64,000 nt of DNA from Squalus acanthias (GCA_030390025.1 CM059432.1:81222001-81286000), one strand, 5' to 3'. Shown: positions 25,151-39,790, counted from the first letter of the stretch. Made by a program: numbers and translations. Notes: generated from the letters alone by a model not told the origin.

Positions 25151-27299
25151 GAGGGCTCTGTGTCCTGCATCAGACCTTTCAGATCGTTGGTGCAACAGAT
25201 TTTCATGCTCGCTAGTAACAGATCTTCTGAGGATCTCTTCCTATTTAAACTGCTGCAGACATATACAGCCTGCAGCAGCGTGCTATTTCCTCCCATTAAA
25301 TGTGACAAGCAAGGCTGAGCTTTTGTGAGAATTTCTGCTTACCTCCTTGCTTTCTCGCCACCTTTTCCTCATTTCTCCCATCATAGATTGAAACTCAAGA
25401 GGCCCAAAAATAGATTTCTACACTCACATAGTAGAGCTGTGTGGGCAATATGATAGTAAAGCTTTCTGAACAGCAGGATTACTTGGTCTTAATGCTGATC
25501 ATGTCCCGTTAGACAGCCCTCTGTCCAGTTCTATTTATATCTAGCCACCTGCAGTGATTTGGTTGATATTAGTGCCTACCCTATGGAGTTATATTTCTAG
25601 CATTCCCACATCTGTATTTATTGCAAAGTCAAGTTCACATGGAAGGAAAACAAAACACACACATAAGTAGCTGCTGTTTTTGGTGCTCTGAAAAAAGCCA
25701 ATGATAACTTGAAAAAAGATCAGAATCTCTAAAGTGGTGTTGAGATTCTTAGAGAGGAAAGTTCATGCTGTATGAGGCGTTACATCTGTTGCTCTGTAAA
25801 CTTTTATAATGAAGTTTCAAGAATGTTATCTTGTTTTTATTAAAATTAAGATAAAAATAATATTTGTAACACCAGAAATGATGGTGATGTGCTAATATCA
25901 CTGCACCATAATGCATACCGATTCACAGACCACAAATAGAATGGATGCAATGGATAGTAGCGTTCCTCACTAGAATCCTACAAACAGGAAGGGATGTGTA
26001 GCGATTAGGCAACTGTGGCAATTGGATTCTGGGCTGTTGCCCTATTTTTGGATGAGTGACGCACATAATATTATGTAGTGCCTTTTGATAGCTGGTACTA
26101 TATTTTAGAGGCTAAAATGCATAGTCAAACATAGATTGACCTAAAAGCTGTCTTTGAAGTATCTGTCCTTTTTTCTTGGATTTACTGGAGATTTAATACA
26201 GTTTAAAATAGCATTAGAAATTAAAAAATACTTCTTAGAAGTTAAGATTAAGGTTTATAGTTAAAGAATGTTTAATGGAAGTCTTCAAATATGAATTCTT
26301 AATTAACAATAGAAAAGATTGTTCAGTTTCAGTGAATCAGAGGAGCAGCATATACATCTCACACACAAAGGGAATTGAGGTAACATCTATTTAATTAGGA
26401 TTTATATAATAGAAAAAGAGTATGTGCTGAGCTTATTTTAACTGTCAAAGTAAATAATCCTCAATGTTTAAGCTGCCTAATATTGCCACAAGAGGGAGTA
26501 ATAGAATTAGTTTGGAGGGACTTTGTCTGCTTTTCTGCAGCAAATGGAATGCTCATTAAAATAGTGGATGGAGAATTTCACATTTGTTACTAATATCCCA
26601 CAGTACGATTTTAAAGCCTAAGAAGGTGGTAGTAATATTCCGAGCAAGTGCTGGTATCAGAACCTCCACTGACAGCACATTTCGGAAAGTCGGTATACAC
26701 TGGGTGGGTGAAATTCCATACCACTAGTGCATTCTCAGAAAATTAACCCCTATATTTACAATTTTTCTTTAAACAGAATTGTATTTTTTCAGTTTGTTCA
26801 ACTTAAGCATTTCATTCAAATGATTTGTGTTTTCTATTTAGTTGCCAATGGGACTTTCGTCCCACTGTCAAATCTATTTTATACCTTGCTCATATTTCCC
26901 TTTGAATCAACTGTGATTACACTTCAAAAATAATTAATTGGCTGTAAAACGCTTTGGGATGTCCTCAGGTTATGAAAGGCATTATATAAGTGCAAATTCT
27001 TTCTTACATGTTGAGGACATGTGTGGCAACAAGCTTGCATCTAATCCTGGTCTCAGGCTAATCAGTTAGATATTGATCTACCAGTACTGCTGACCTTACA
27101 CCATTTTTATAATTTATCATACTCACCCATTTCCCCAGTGTTGTCTGTAGTTTTAGTATTGCTAGATCATGTATTGTAGATTGAGTTGTGAAGCTATTGT
27201 AAATTTTGTGATTTCACATTCGGAATTTTTATTCAATTTTGGACACTTTTTTTTACCTTCAAAAGAGCTCTGATGTATTGGGAATGGATTTACTGTGGG

Positions 27300-28040
27300 G
27301 GACAATGATCATTTTGGGACTTAGAATTCTAAGTTATGAAGAAAAACCTCAAAAAGCTGAACTTGTTTTCTTTGGAGAAAAGAAGATTGAGAGAGAACAT
27401 GATTGAGGTCTTTAAAATGTTGAAACATGTAAGTAAGTTATTTGACTTGATGGTGAGCACAGAGCTAGCAGACACAGGTTTAAAAGAATTAGAGGAAACA
27501 TTTCCCCCCACAGAGTACCAGATATGTGGAATGGACTCCTAGTGAAATCAGTTGAGGGGCAAGGCCATAAAGGGATTTAAACATGAGGATGAGAATCTTA
27601 AATATGAGACCTTGGGGAACCAGGAGCCAATATAGGCCAGCGAGAACAGGGTTGATGGGTGAGCAGGACTTGGTGCAGGGTAAGATATGGGTATCAGAGT
27701 TTTTGATGAGCTGACATTTACAGAGGATTGAAGATGAGAGAGAGGCCAGGCAGGAGAGCATTGGCATTGGATAAGGGCTTCAATGCTGGTGTTCTTCTTC
27801 ACATGAGCTACTTAGTCTATTCCCCTTACCTGCTTGTTCCCCATAGCCTTTAATATTCCTCTTTCTCATGCAACTATATAATTCTGTTTTAAAATAATTT
27901 ATTGACTGCTTCAACAATGGTTTTTGGCAAAGAATTTCACATTCTGACTTGGACATTCAGTGAAACATCTAGCACAATTTACTTTATCAATAATCCTTCA
28001 TAATATTGAAAACCTCTATCATGTCACCCCTTAATTTTCT
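27300..28040. mobile_element. Patchwork of CR1 3' fragments and a minus-strand L2 fragment (27548..27770)
   Basis: LKKLNLFSLEKRRLR (CR1); SPINPVLAGLYWL...FKILILMFKSL (L2). Confidence 0.65.
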
Positions 28041-29521
28041 GGCACAAAGCAGCAGTGACACAATGTGAGCAAAGTAAGCAATACCGTTGAGGTATAGGAT
28101 TGAGACCTCCCATGCTCTGTGACCGATCTAGTACATTAGGCTAATGGTTGCACTGCTCCTGCCTTCAGCAGTTTAACTGGCTCCCTGTCAACTCCTGCAG
28201 CTTTGCTGTTCTTTGGCTCATTTGATGTTCTGATGCTTCTGGTAAAGGTGATGAAATCAACTGTAGTTCTCTCATAATACTTGCCAATAATGTGTTATTT
28301 ATAAATTGGTTCTTATGTATTTGATTGTCAGCAATAAGAGGAATTTGTAACTCACAAGGTTTTGTATTCACTACGAATAGAAGCATCCAAATTACCCAGA
28401 AAATAATGGCTACCTGTCACAAAGTGCAAGAGCTATTGTGATTTATTACTGTCATCGAAACACTAAAGTGAGATTACAACCTGAAATTCCAGAAAGCAGG
28501 TTTTTCTAGAGTATACACTGACGTTTATGGGGGGAGGTGTCTATTTGAGTCTTTTTATTTCATACCAGTGATTGTCAGTAACTTATATTACTGTGAAATA
28601 ACATTGATGACAAAGAATTCAAGGGGAATTCTGAAAAAAATGTAGGAATTAAATTCCAGTTCTAGGCTTATGAAAATTCACAATTTTGGGTTCATTTTCC
28701 TCTTCAACAGTTTAAATAAAGTGAAGCCTGCACCAAGGACAGGACGATTCATTTCAATAAGGTGCACAGACAGGCCTGGGAAAAGATCTAAAATCAGTAG
28801 ACTCTTCAGAAATCACTCCATTGTCTGAATACAGGCTCCTCCCTGTAACAGATTTAACTGGCACTGCTCTGGAGAGAATCGGCCTGAAATGGTGGGTCTC
28901 TGTGAGTTGAGTAAATTGACACTTGTACTTTCCTAACTTTTTTGAAGAAAGATTGGGAAAGTACTTTGAGTAAAAATGTTTAATTAGATTTTTCTTCACC
29001 TTTAAAATTGTAATATTACTATAAATTAAATCTTCCTCACCAACATCTGGGACTGGGGCCATTATTCAAACAATAGCCTAACGTTATCATATTAACAGAG
29101 GGCCTGATTTTCATCTTATGGGGGGAGGGGGCAGGGCTGGAGCACCCCCACACACCTGGGACTCGTGGCCACCATTTTGGTGAGGGCCTTAGTTGCCCTG
29201 GAGATGCAAATATGGAGAGCGTGACTTAAGTTGGGAACGTCACGCTCTGCGAACTTGGACCTTAGCGCTGAGTTTAGTGCTGGGTCCTAAGCTCGCTCTG
29301 AAAAGCGAGCATGCAGCAGACTGACAGAGACACTGTCAGCACTTCTTAAAGGGACACACACATCTTTCAGGTAAGTTTGCATTTCAGCTTTTGGACTGGA
29401 TTTTTTATATTTTACTGAAGTACTGGCTTGGTGCAATACATGTTAAAAAAATGTAAGCATGCAGGGAGTGCTGCTGGATGCTTGCAAGGCTTCAAATGGT
29501 AAAGAAAGGCCTCTGAGAAGA

Positions 29522-29653
29522 CAGAAAATGCTGGAAATACTCAGCAGGTCAGGCAGCATCTGTGAAGAGAGAAACAGAGTTCACATCTCAGATCGAGATG
29601 CTGTCTGACCTGCTGAGTATTTCCAGCATTTTATGCTTTCATTTCAGTTTTAC
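29522..29653. mobile_element. Foldback Penelope pLTR fragment
   Basis: aaaatgctggaaatactcagcaggtcaggcagcatct...agatgctgtctgacctgctgagtatttccagcatttt is an inverted repeat of the pLTR end seen at 9200-9290 and 56650-56697. Confidence 0.75.
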
Positions 29654-29947
29654 AGTATCCGCTCGCAGAGGGAAGAGGAAGATGCAGAAGAGGAGGAAGC
29701 AGAAAAAGAGGAAGCAGAAGGAAGGATGCAACCCAGACAGCCCGTTTCTGGCCGGGATATCCGGGATGGAATAATCTGCCTCCGGTACCAGTGACCACAA
29801 CCCAAATTCTCCTTTCAACATTTGTCCCACACCTTACCTTCCTTCTGTTACTGACCATCACAGCGTCCTCTTGGCCATGATGCTGAAATAAAAGCCACCA
29901 CAAAGCAAACATTCCAATCCAACTTTATACATCTATCCAATATGACA

Positions 29948-30785
29948 TCAAGAAATCAACTCATCACCCTTATGCATTCCCTTAATTACTGTCTTGTGTG
30001 TGCCTTTGCCTATCCTACTGATGTCATGCAGTGCTACCCCAGTGGCTGCAGCATGGCTGGTGGAAGGCTGTTGACTTTCAGTGGGCGACACTGCAAATGG
30101 CCTTGCTGGTCGACCTTGAGGAGCTGGTGGCTGGGAGTGTGAAATCGAGTGACGGTGTTTCTTCTTCTTCTTCTTCTTCTTCACACTTCTCTCCCTCTTC
30201 TTGGTCAACCATTGGCTGAGCAGGCTGCATTTCTTGGGTGTGTGAAATGACGAAGGCATAAGGGTGGAGTTGTGGTGAGGGGAGGGTGAGAAATCAAGAA
30301 GTGCATGCGAGAAGGAGAATAATGTATGAGGATACCAGCATCTTGTATCCTTTCAGCCCCGCCGCTGACCAAGAATGGCCAGCACCGTCTCTTCCAAAGA
30401 GGTGAAGTGAAGCTAGGAATGGGAGGTGTGCCCTGTGATTGGTACAGATTGTTGGTAGGTGAGTGATTGGGGGGTGGGGGGAGTCATGCATTGTGAAGTG
30501 TGTGAGGCTAGTGGTGCAGTTGGTAGGAGATGACTTTTGAAGATGCATTCACTAACCTTGACCACTGGTCTGAGGTCATGAAGCTTCTTTGGGCACTGGA
30601 ACCAGGTGGTGGGGACGACACTGCTGGCAATGATGGCGTCAGTGATCTGGTCCCACATCCTTCTTTCCGAAAGCCCTCCTGGCCCCTGTGGGTAGAGGAC
30701 CTCTTTTGCAGTGTTGCCCCCCTGCACAACACTGGAGTGCTGCGTGTGAGACCCTGGGTGCCCCTTCCCTGGCTTGCTGAGCCAT
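29948..30785 (-). pseudogene. Harbinger Myb/SANT gene remnant
   Basis: MAQQAREGAPRVS...WDQITDAIIASSVVPTTWFQCPKKLHDL; C-terminus SPTESQQPSTSHAAATGVALH nearly identical to the 9158..9880 ORF. Confidence 0.8.
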
Positions 30786-33739
30786 TTGTGTTAGTGCTGA
30801 AGCACTGTTCCCATTTTTTTAGGTACGGAAGGAAATTCAACTTTAAAAGCTGAAGATTCCCATTTAGGAATTCTTTTTAATGTTAATTTTTTTTTCAGAC
30901 GGCAGTTAAGCTGTAAGAGTTAAAAACCTTCATTTTATAAGGCAGTTCCCCTTTAAGGGACCGAACTACTCTCTAAAATGACGCTGTGGCCACGTTACAT
31001 TGGGCCTCCTGCTGAGACTAATGCCACAAAAATGGCCTTGCATGGTAAGTATAGTGCTGGGCTAATGTTAATTAGCAACCAGCACCAATTTACAAGTCCT
31101 GCCAGCACCATCAATTTCGATGGCCGTTAACTCCGGCCCGCGGTGGCACCGGCAGGGTTTTAGCAATCTCGAATTTCTATGCCAAAGACTTTACTAGTTA
31201 ATTTCCCGTGGCATTGCTCATTGGTGTGTAATCTACATTAGTGTGCATATTTCCATCGGTGGTTCATCTTAGAATATAATTAGTAAGTGATCAATTGGAG
31301 TCATTTTCAACTACGCCACCTGGACACTAACGTGGCGGAACAGGTTTCATTAATTTCAGTGGAATGAAAATTGAGCAAGTTCTATAATGAGCAGGCGATC
31401 CACTGCACCAGGTTACCACCCAAGGGGTGAAGTTTTAAATTAACCCATACTGAATCAATCAATCTGACAATTAGGTGTTTTACCCCAACTTAGGCACTGA
31501 AATTCCATGGGGTTCAACCGGTCTCACGCGAGAACACTGGTGGGATCACCAACTAAACCCCCAGGGGAAATGGCGAAAATGGCCATTTTCAGCTGTTGAT
31601 GCCATTTCCCTGCAAGACCTGTAGAACCCGTATAGTTTTTTTCCAATTATATGGCCTTTGGTGCTACCGACAAAATGCTACCTAATTTCATCATTTATTA
31701 TGGCCCAACTAGTCCTCTTTTGTGGTTGATCTCTATCAGTCCCATCCTCCTATTTCTCATCAGAAGTATAGAAATGGTAGATCAGGTTTATTGTGCACCT
31801 AATTTCATGCTGCAACTAAGGTGTCAATGGGTACTGTTGACACTGAGTAACTAGTATTATCTCCAACATGACCTTTCCCACTAAATACAAAAGTCTAAAA
31901 TACTCAATACTTTGGAATTAAAATGAGCTGATTTACATGTTATGTGTAAATACAACATTATGCAGGCTTTACCAGATCTGTTTCAATTCAAAGTTTTCAT
32001 TGAAGTATCTAGTCCATATGAAATCTAATTGCCAAATTTGTGTGCCGATTATCAGATTGGTATCAGTGCTTCAATAGAAATGGGGTGCCAATAATGTGCC
32101 TTAGCTCGAATCTCAAAACATCCCACTCCACTGGTGGAAAATTTTAGTTCCAACACCAGCCATTTTTACAGCTTGACTAAGCGTTGTACCTTTCTACTAT
32201 TAAGTTGCCATTGGAGGGGTTACATCTGGTACCTCTGACCTACAGTAACAAATATACACAGTATGCACCAGTGGCAATTAGCACCAGTTCACCATTTTGG
32301 GTCTGGACTGCTAACTTCTCAGCTGCCTGACAAACCAATAATGTGCTTTTAACGCTACTAATCTGTATGGACCTTCTGCAGCATCTTCCACTTGAATGTT
32401 TGTGCAGAAAGATAGGGTGAGTTGGGCTAGTCTGGGTGTTCTCAGTCATACATTGGGCCTTCTCCAGGCTCAGACTCGGTGGAGTTTTCTCCCACTTTCT
32501 CGATCCCAATGTATGGGGAGAGGGAGAACCTGCCCCAGGCAATACCTCTGGTGCATCTGTGTCTGCCCCTCTCCATATTATTGTTTGCCCAACTTCCACT
32601 AATTTTTATCTTCCTACAGGTCTTCCCCGAATACCCATTCCCTCTTGTTGGGCTGATGCATCAGTGCTCTGAAAATCGCCATTTTGCCTAAAGATTTTCC
32701 TAGTATAAATTCCATGACTTAGTACCTGGTCCCAACTGCCCCTGTGAATATTGTGCCTGAATTGGCCTCTTGCTGGTCTCTTTGGCTTAGTCCTTCTCAA
32801 CTTTATTGTCTTACACTTGCCTCAGTCATTTGTGTGGTTACAGATTTGTAAGATTATTGTTACAATATTGTAATTCTGATGCACAGTGTGTGACAGTTGA
32901 CCTCTTTTTTTTCTTTATTTGTACTTTTGCTCATCTCTCTTCACATGTTGCAGCTGTTCCTATCTAATTTAAAATTCTAAAAATGAAAAGTTTAAAAAAA
33001 AGATTGCTATCGACTAAGAACTGAGTGGAGACTACTTAAATTAATTTCACTTAGGATCCTTATGTCCATCCGTGAGAGTGGAAGCTTTCATCTCATTAGT
33101 CTGGCTGAAATCAATCCTAGATAGAAGAATTGAATGGACAGTGTGTAAATCCAGTCTGCCACTCAGGGCTTGGATATCAAAAACTTTGGTGTGTGCAGTC
33201 ACTTCAGGGTGAAAGCATTTCAGGCATTGGGCTAGAGGATGGTTTCCAGTTTCACTGCATCTTCACCCTGGATAACACTTTCTTAGTGTGATGGAATGCA
33301 AAGTAAAGCCAAATAAGCTCCTTTGTGGCTTTCCAGACAGCTGACTCCCAGTAATTACTTCCCTCTGGAAATCTGACAGCTCTGGTATATTCTGAAGAAG
33401 CCTCCTACAAATGGTTACTGAATGGTTTCTGTAGTTACCAGATCACTGGTTTTCCACAATGGTTCTATTTATATCAAGTCAATAACGTTGCATTCTTTAC
33501 TGGCTAGTTTTAATATAGTCAGCAAGCTAGAATTCTTTTTATCAAATTATAGAAAAGATGACTTAAGACTGATCTGTAGTGTTTGCACAGATAGATATGC
33601 TGCAATCTGAGAGAACGTCATGGGACTGTTAGGGACTTTAAATCTGCAGGTACAGGAATCAAATCTGAAAGCACAGGAATCCCTTGGAGGATGATTATGT
33701 GAAGTCATTGCATAGAAATTGGTATGCACTGTGCAATTT

Positions 33740-34280
33740 GCGCAGGCGTTGGGCCCACTGGTAAATTCATAGCGCCCGTTTTTTAGGTGTCCTGGGCCGA
33801 TTTTAGTTGGCAGCAGGCCCCCACCGGAGACCTGAAGGAATGGTCCCTGGTACTTAGGTAAGTGATTGGGAGGGGGCTTAGGAGGGCATTGTGGTTGGGG
33901 GAATGGGGAGGGAAGCCCAGGGTAGTGAAAGCCTAAGGTTCATTTGTGGGTCCCAGAGGAGCACTACTGATTCTTCCCACCCACAAGGGGAAAAAAAATT
34001 AACTTATTTATCTGGGCCACTTCTGGCCCCGGCTTCTTTAGTTGCCGGGTTGGCCTGGTGGGGATGCCTGCGCAGGCCATGGGTTAAAATTGATGTCGGG
34101 CTCTGATGACGTCATGCAGCCTGATTTGCATATTTAAAGAAGTACCTTGCTGCCTTCGGCGGGTGACCCAATCGGCTGCTCAAAAGAGCAGGTTAAGATT
34201 GCATCCCACTTGTCGGCAGCAGGATTGGTGCGGTTAAGTTGCTGTGGCCATTTTAATTGCCCGCCCGGTTTCCGCTGCAA
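33740..34280. mobile_element. Partial Harbinger-type MITE
   Basis: Shares the aggtaagt donor, G-rich tract, gaggagcact, TGACGTCA and atttaaa motifs of the other MITEs; ends unresolved. Confidence 0.5.
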
Positions 34281-35004
34281 GTAGGATCGTACGTCTATTT
34301 AGCAAGAACTGGGCTTTTTGAGATTACTATTACAATCCAAATTGCGAACCTTCAATTTTTAATCCGAACCAGTATCTAGCAACAATCTAGGCAACTTAAT
34401 GTTTTAATGGGAAAATCAAAAAAACTTTATTTACGATTGTCTTCCATTGGGATAAAAGGAAGTCTATCAGTAAAAAACATTAAGGATGTTCTGGGAGGAT
34501 TTTCAAGAAAATCCAAGCACTATAATTTTCCTTAGTTTGACCAAAAAAGAATACTATTTATATTAATAATGGCTAGTATTTTACTCCACAATTCCACCAG
34601 ATCAAGTAGAATTGCAGCAAAGAATGAAGGAAAATGCGGGCAGTGATACCGACCGCTGCTTCATCACCCGACCTTTAGTTCTTTGCCCACATCCCCGCCG
34701 GTACTGTCGCTGGCTGCTTTCCCCAGCTGCCGCATGTAAATGGCAGTGGGGCTTGGGTCCCGCCCGCCTGTGCTATCACTGCTTCTGGGGATTGCCATGT
34801 CCCTGCTGCAGCACTATCAGATTCTCCTCTTTGCACTGGTAGGCAGCGGTTGGTCAAACTATGGAAAATTATAGTGCTTGGATTTTCTTGATGACCCCAG
34901 CCTCGGGAAATGGGACAGGTTCAGAGGACAAGTGAAAGCTCTGCCCTTCTGGAACTCCTTCCCAAAGAGGAGAATATTGGCCAATGTCCTTGTACCCCAA
35001 GCTT

Positions 35005-35952
35005 TTGGCAACTGTCTGAGGCTAAACCAGACTGTTCGCAACCTTGGTGTCATATTTGACCTTGAGATGAGCTTCCGACCACATATCTGCGCCATCACTA
35101 AGACCGCCTATCTCCACCTTCGTAACATCGCCCAACTCCGCCCCTGCCTCAGCTCATCTGCTGTTGAAACCCTCATCCGTGCCTTTGTTACCTCTAGACT
35201 TGACTATTCTAACGCACTCCTGGCTGGCCTCCCACATTCTACCCTCCGTAAGCATGAGGTCATCCAAAACTCTGCTGCCCGTGTCCTAACCCGCACCAAG
35301 TCACGTTCACCCATCACCCCTGTACTTGCTGACCTACATTGGCTCCCAGTTAAACAATGCCTCGATTTTAAAATTCACATCCTTCTTTTCAAATCCCTCC
35401 ATGGTTTCACCCCTCCCTATCCCCACCAGTCCAAAGATGTGCGGGTTAGGTTGATTTGGCTATGATAAATTGACCCTTAGTGTTAGGGGGGATTAAATAC
35501 GTGGGGTTACGGGGATAGGGTGGGATATGTGTCGGTGCAGGCTCGATGGGCCGAAATGGCCTCTATCTGCACTGTGGGGATTCTGTGATTCTGTGATCTC
35601 TGTAATCTCCTTCAGCCCCACAACCCTCCGAGATTTCGGTGCTCCTCCAATTCTGGCCTCTTGAGCATCCTGATTTTAATCGCTCCACCATTGGCGGTCG
35701 TCCCTTCAGCTGCCAAGGCCCTAAGCTCTGGAATTCCCTCCCTAAATGTCTCTGCCTCACTACCTCTCTTTCCTCCTTTAAGGCACTCCTTAAAATCTAC
35801 CTCTTTGACCAAGCTTTTGGTCATCTGCCCATATATCTCCTTATATGGCTTGGTATCAAATTTTGTTTGGTAACGCTCCTGTAAAGCACCTTGGGACATT
35901 TGACTACGTTAAAGGCGCTATATAAATACAAGTTGTTGTTGTTTTTGTTGTT
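35005..35952 (+). mobile_element. L2 LINE 3' portion
   Basis: VRNLGVIFD...FVTSRLDYSNALLAGLP...PITPVLADLHWLPV; tail aaaggcgctatataaatacaag(ttg)n. Confidence 0.9.
35422..35597 (+). mobile_element. 5'-truncated HE1-like SINE nested in L2
   Basis: cagtccaaagatgtgcgggttagg core and CR1-type tail gatgggccgaaatggcct...(attctgtg)n. Confidence 0.75.
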
Positions 35953-36154
35953 GTTCAAACTCATTCTAAAGAGAAAAAGTTTCTTTTGTGGTTTCAGTAA
36001 GACTTTCCAATGCCTGGTAGATAAATATCTGGACCTGAAATTACCTTCACAGTTGGCACAATTTGCATTTATTTGTTAATCTCATTTAGAGCAGCCATAG
36101 GATCTTGGGCTAGTTCTTTATAGTTAATATTACTGCCACATCAGCCTACTCCTA

Positions 36155-37463
36155 ATCATCAGTAAAGTGATGGAAGCAGTAATCAACAGTGCTATCAAGT
36201 GGCACATAATCACCAATAATCTGTTCACCGATGCTCAGTTTGGGTTCCGCCAGGAGCACTCGTCTCCAGATATCATTACAGCCTTGGTCTAAACATAAAC
36301 ACAGGAGCTGAATTCCAGAGGTGAGGTAAGAGTGACTGCCCATGTCATCAAGGCAGCATTTGACTGAGTGTGGCACCAAGGAGCCCTAGTAAAACTGGTC
36401 AACGGGGATCATGGGGAAAACTCTCCAGTGGCTGGAGTCATACATAGCACAAAAGAAGATCGTTGCGATTGTTGGAGGCCAATCATCTCAGCCCCAGGAC
36501 ATCGCTGCAGTGTCCTAGACTCAACTATCTTAAGCTGCTTCATCACTAACCTTCCCTCCATCATAAGGTCAGAAGTGAGGCTGTTCACTGATGATTGCAC
36601 AGTGTTCAGTTTCATTCGTAATTCCTCAGATAATGAAGCAGTCCATGCCCGCATGCAGCAAGACCTGGACAACATCCAGTGGCAAGTAACATTCGTGCTA
36701 CACAAGTGTCAGGCAATGACCATCTCCAACAAGAGAGAGCCTAACCACCTTCATTTGACCTTTAATGGCATTACCATCATCGAATCCCCCACCATCAACA
36801 TCCTGAGGGTCACCATTGACCAGAAACCCAACTGGACCAGCCCCATAAATGTTTTGGCTACTAGAGTAGGTCAAAAGCTAGGTGTTCAATGGCAAGTGGC
36901 TCACCTTCTGACTCCCCAAAGCCTCTTCACCGCCTACAATGCATAAGTCAGGAATTTGATACAATACTTTCCACTTGCCTTGCAGCTGCAACAGCACTCA
37001 AGAAGCTCAACACTGTGCAGGAAAAAGCAATCCACTTGATTGGCACTTCTTCCACTAATCTAAACATTCATTCTCCTTCACCACTGGTGTATAGTGGTTG
37101 TAGTGTATTCTATCTACAGGACTCACTGCAGCAACTCACCAAGGCTTCTTTGGCAGCACTTCCCAAAACTGCAACCTCCACCACCTTGAAAGACAAGGGC
37201 AACAGGTGCATGGGAACACCGTCACCTCCAAGTTGTCCTCCAAATCACACACCATCCCAATTTGGAAATATATTGCTGTTTCTTCATTGTCCCTGGGTCA
37301 AATTCCTGGAACTTCCTACCTAACAGCATTGTGGGAGCACCTTCACCACACAGATTGCAGCGGTTCAAGAAGAAGCCCCACCATCACCTTCTCAAAGGTA
37401 ACTAGGGATGGGCAATAAATACCAGCCTTGCCAGCAATACCCACATTGCAGGAATAAATAAAG
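36155..37463 (+). mobile_element. Decayed 5'-truncated copy of the T1/Zenon-like CR1-superfamily LINE
   Basis: WHQGALVKL, FTDDCTVF, LLTPQSL; 3' end gggatgggcaataaat. Confidence 0.85.
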
Positions 37464-39234
37464 AAAATCATGGTTAATGGGCTGGTAAATGTAGCACTCT
37501 TTAAGGAACATGAGGAATGGGAAATTGCACACTGTGCAGTCTAAGATGTCACTTTTACATTCTGGTTTATGGTAGTTGTGTTTCCCCTTTCTTTCTAGTG
37601 GCCCATTGCCTCTTCTATTCTCCACAATTTCACTTATTGTGGTCTTGGCATCCTGCCACTTTCTAATTGATGAAGCCTCAGGCCCAGACTCCCAGCTGTT
37701 TGGTGATGTGGATATATGGATATCTGTCTGATAGAACCAGATTGTAATAACTGTCTGAAAGTTAACTGTTTATTGCCTTGACAATTCTAAGATGGCCTCA
37801 AACACAAAAAGTTCTGGAGGTGTTTAACAGTTCTCAGGCAGTAGACTGGGATGGTGTTCCACAGAGCTAACTGCTATTCTTGTTCCATCTAGGTACCTGG
37901 TTGCTCAACTCTGTCAATCAGGCTGAATGGTGTGCAATATCTAGTCTGGACTGATTGGCACCTTACAACTGGCTCTTTCTAGCTGGATTGGCTTCTTATA
38001 ACTGAACAAAATCAGTGTTTTGGCTGCAACTATCAAATCTCTGAGGCACCTTTTATTAAACTCATACACCAACACCTTTCAGAAACTTCTGGGAAATCTA
38101 TTGAAATTAATTCAGACTTAGTTGACCTCTTCTGAGTTTGTTCCTCCTGGCCCTGAACCACTGGAGAGCCGCAGGCATGCCAAACTAGAAAATTAGCAAA
38201 AGCTGACCAAAGAACTCACATAGCCATAGAAAATTGACAACTCAAAAACAGCCTATAATCAGAGTTACTCATTTCCAGTGACTGAAGAAGTCAAATTCCA
38301 TTTTTATTACATGAGATTTCAGGATTTTTATGGATATTTTTGGAATCACATCCCATGATCCCCTCCATCTTTGTGAAAATTAAAACCCAGTGGTGTTACC
38401 TATGATTTGAAAGTGAATAGATATACAAGAAGTGCAGTAGAATATGGGCTGCAGAAAAGTCTAACATTCCTAATAGAATAGGCAAAAAAATAAACTGGGT
38501 GAAAGTGCATTTTGCATACATTTCCTCTGTGTCTCAGCTCCCGCTTAACTCTCTCCCTCTCCACTATTAACCACTGGCCTATCCTAAGGGCAGGAAACAT
38601 TAATTTTAATGATTGGAAAATTGTGGGCAACCTTCTCTCCGAACACCACAGACCCATAAAATTACCCCTATGGAGAGAGTTTGGAGGAGTGTGAGAAGTT
38701 TGAATATAGATTGATTTTAGCAACAAATATGGCAGTGGATGCTGGTTCCAAAAAAAATGGTTGGCATGTATGCAGAATGCTGGTTGCCTACTGCCTTGGA
38801 ACTGCCCCTGCCATTCTAGGACATTTTGCTCTGTGGCACAGCCTGGTATTTTGCCTTCATCTGTGAAAAAGAGGCAAAATTCTATGTTTTATTTGTTTGT
38901 GATTCATATTTTATTAAACAGTTAATGTGCTTCTGTATTGAAATGATGCTCAGTGATAGTTGATTTGTACATACTGTGCATCTTCTTTACTACATCATGC
39001 CACTATGTATGGTATAGCAGAAACTAGCTGTTAATGTAAAGTCTACTCAATTTTAAAATGTTAAGGAAATGAGTGGGCTCACTTGAAATTTGTTAAAAAT
39101 TGTTTAATAATTAATTCTTGCTCCACATCTGTTACTGATACTTCAGTTTGTCATTTACTATCATGTTGATTGGCACTTTGTCCATTGAGTCTAATTTACA
39201 CTCCTGAACTAGAAACCATGTTATGTGAGAACAG

Positions 39235-39790
39235 TGATGAAGTTCTCGTTAGTGGATGGTCCATCAACATACCTTACGTGGCCCTGTTTTTTGCCAGCAA
39301 GCTTCCTGATTGGTCTACAGAAGTTATTGAATCTTTTGCAACAATCATCCCTTTGACCTGGGAGGTCACAGTAATTTGGGCTGCAATTACCTCCAAGGTC
39401 CTTTTTTTATTAGATTAGGGCCTCAGTCAGAAGTACAAAATGCTCTGTTGTGAACTGAATTACAGACAACTGTTGTGAACTGAATTACAGACAACCTCAA
39501 GGACTGGAACTGTTCCTCCTACACCTGAGAAGATCTCAATGGTACTAAGTTTAGATGCAACAGGATTCTTCCAGGTCACCAATGGGGACATATGCCAGAT
39601 AAGATAGTCTGCATCATCACCAAAATCATCACAATCCTCTGTGTGCTCTACAATTTTTCCATGCAAGAGGAGCAAACATGCACCAGAGCAACATGGGGCT
39701 GCAGATCCACAGGAAGAGGAAGATGACCTGGAGGGAATCTGTGTATGGGCAGGGAGACTGGTGCAGAACTCTGATCAAGAATGATTTCCT
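39235..39790 (+). pseudogene. Highly decayed Harbinger transposase remnant
   Basis: FSLVDGxINIPYVAL resembles FPMVQGAIxCxH; IITILCVLYNF resembles [10 protein letters not shown]. Confidence 0.45.
39446..39495 (+). repeat. Perfect 25-bp tandem duplication
   Basis: tgttgtgaactgaattacagacaac x2. Confidence 0.95.

Larger units (their letters stand above)
29100..31183. mobile_element. Internally deleted two-gene Harbinger, inverted relative to 7039..11674
   Basis: Right end cgaatttctatgcc resembles the reverse complement of the 7039 TIR; minus-strand Myb remnant; plus-strand transposase N/C-terminal fusion at 29660..29794. Confidence 0.8.

Noticed and set aside
38721..38845. Exon-like segment ATNMAVDAG...WHVCRMLVAYCLG...ALWHSL
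   Set aside because: All three frames are nearly open and it has no clear place in the collinear series
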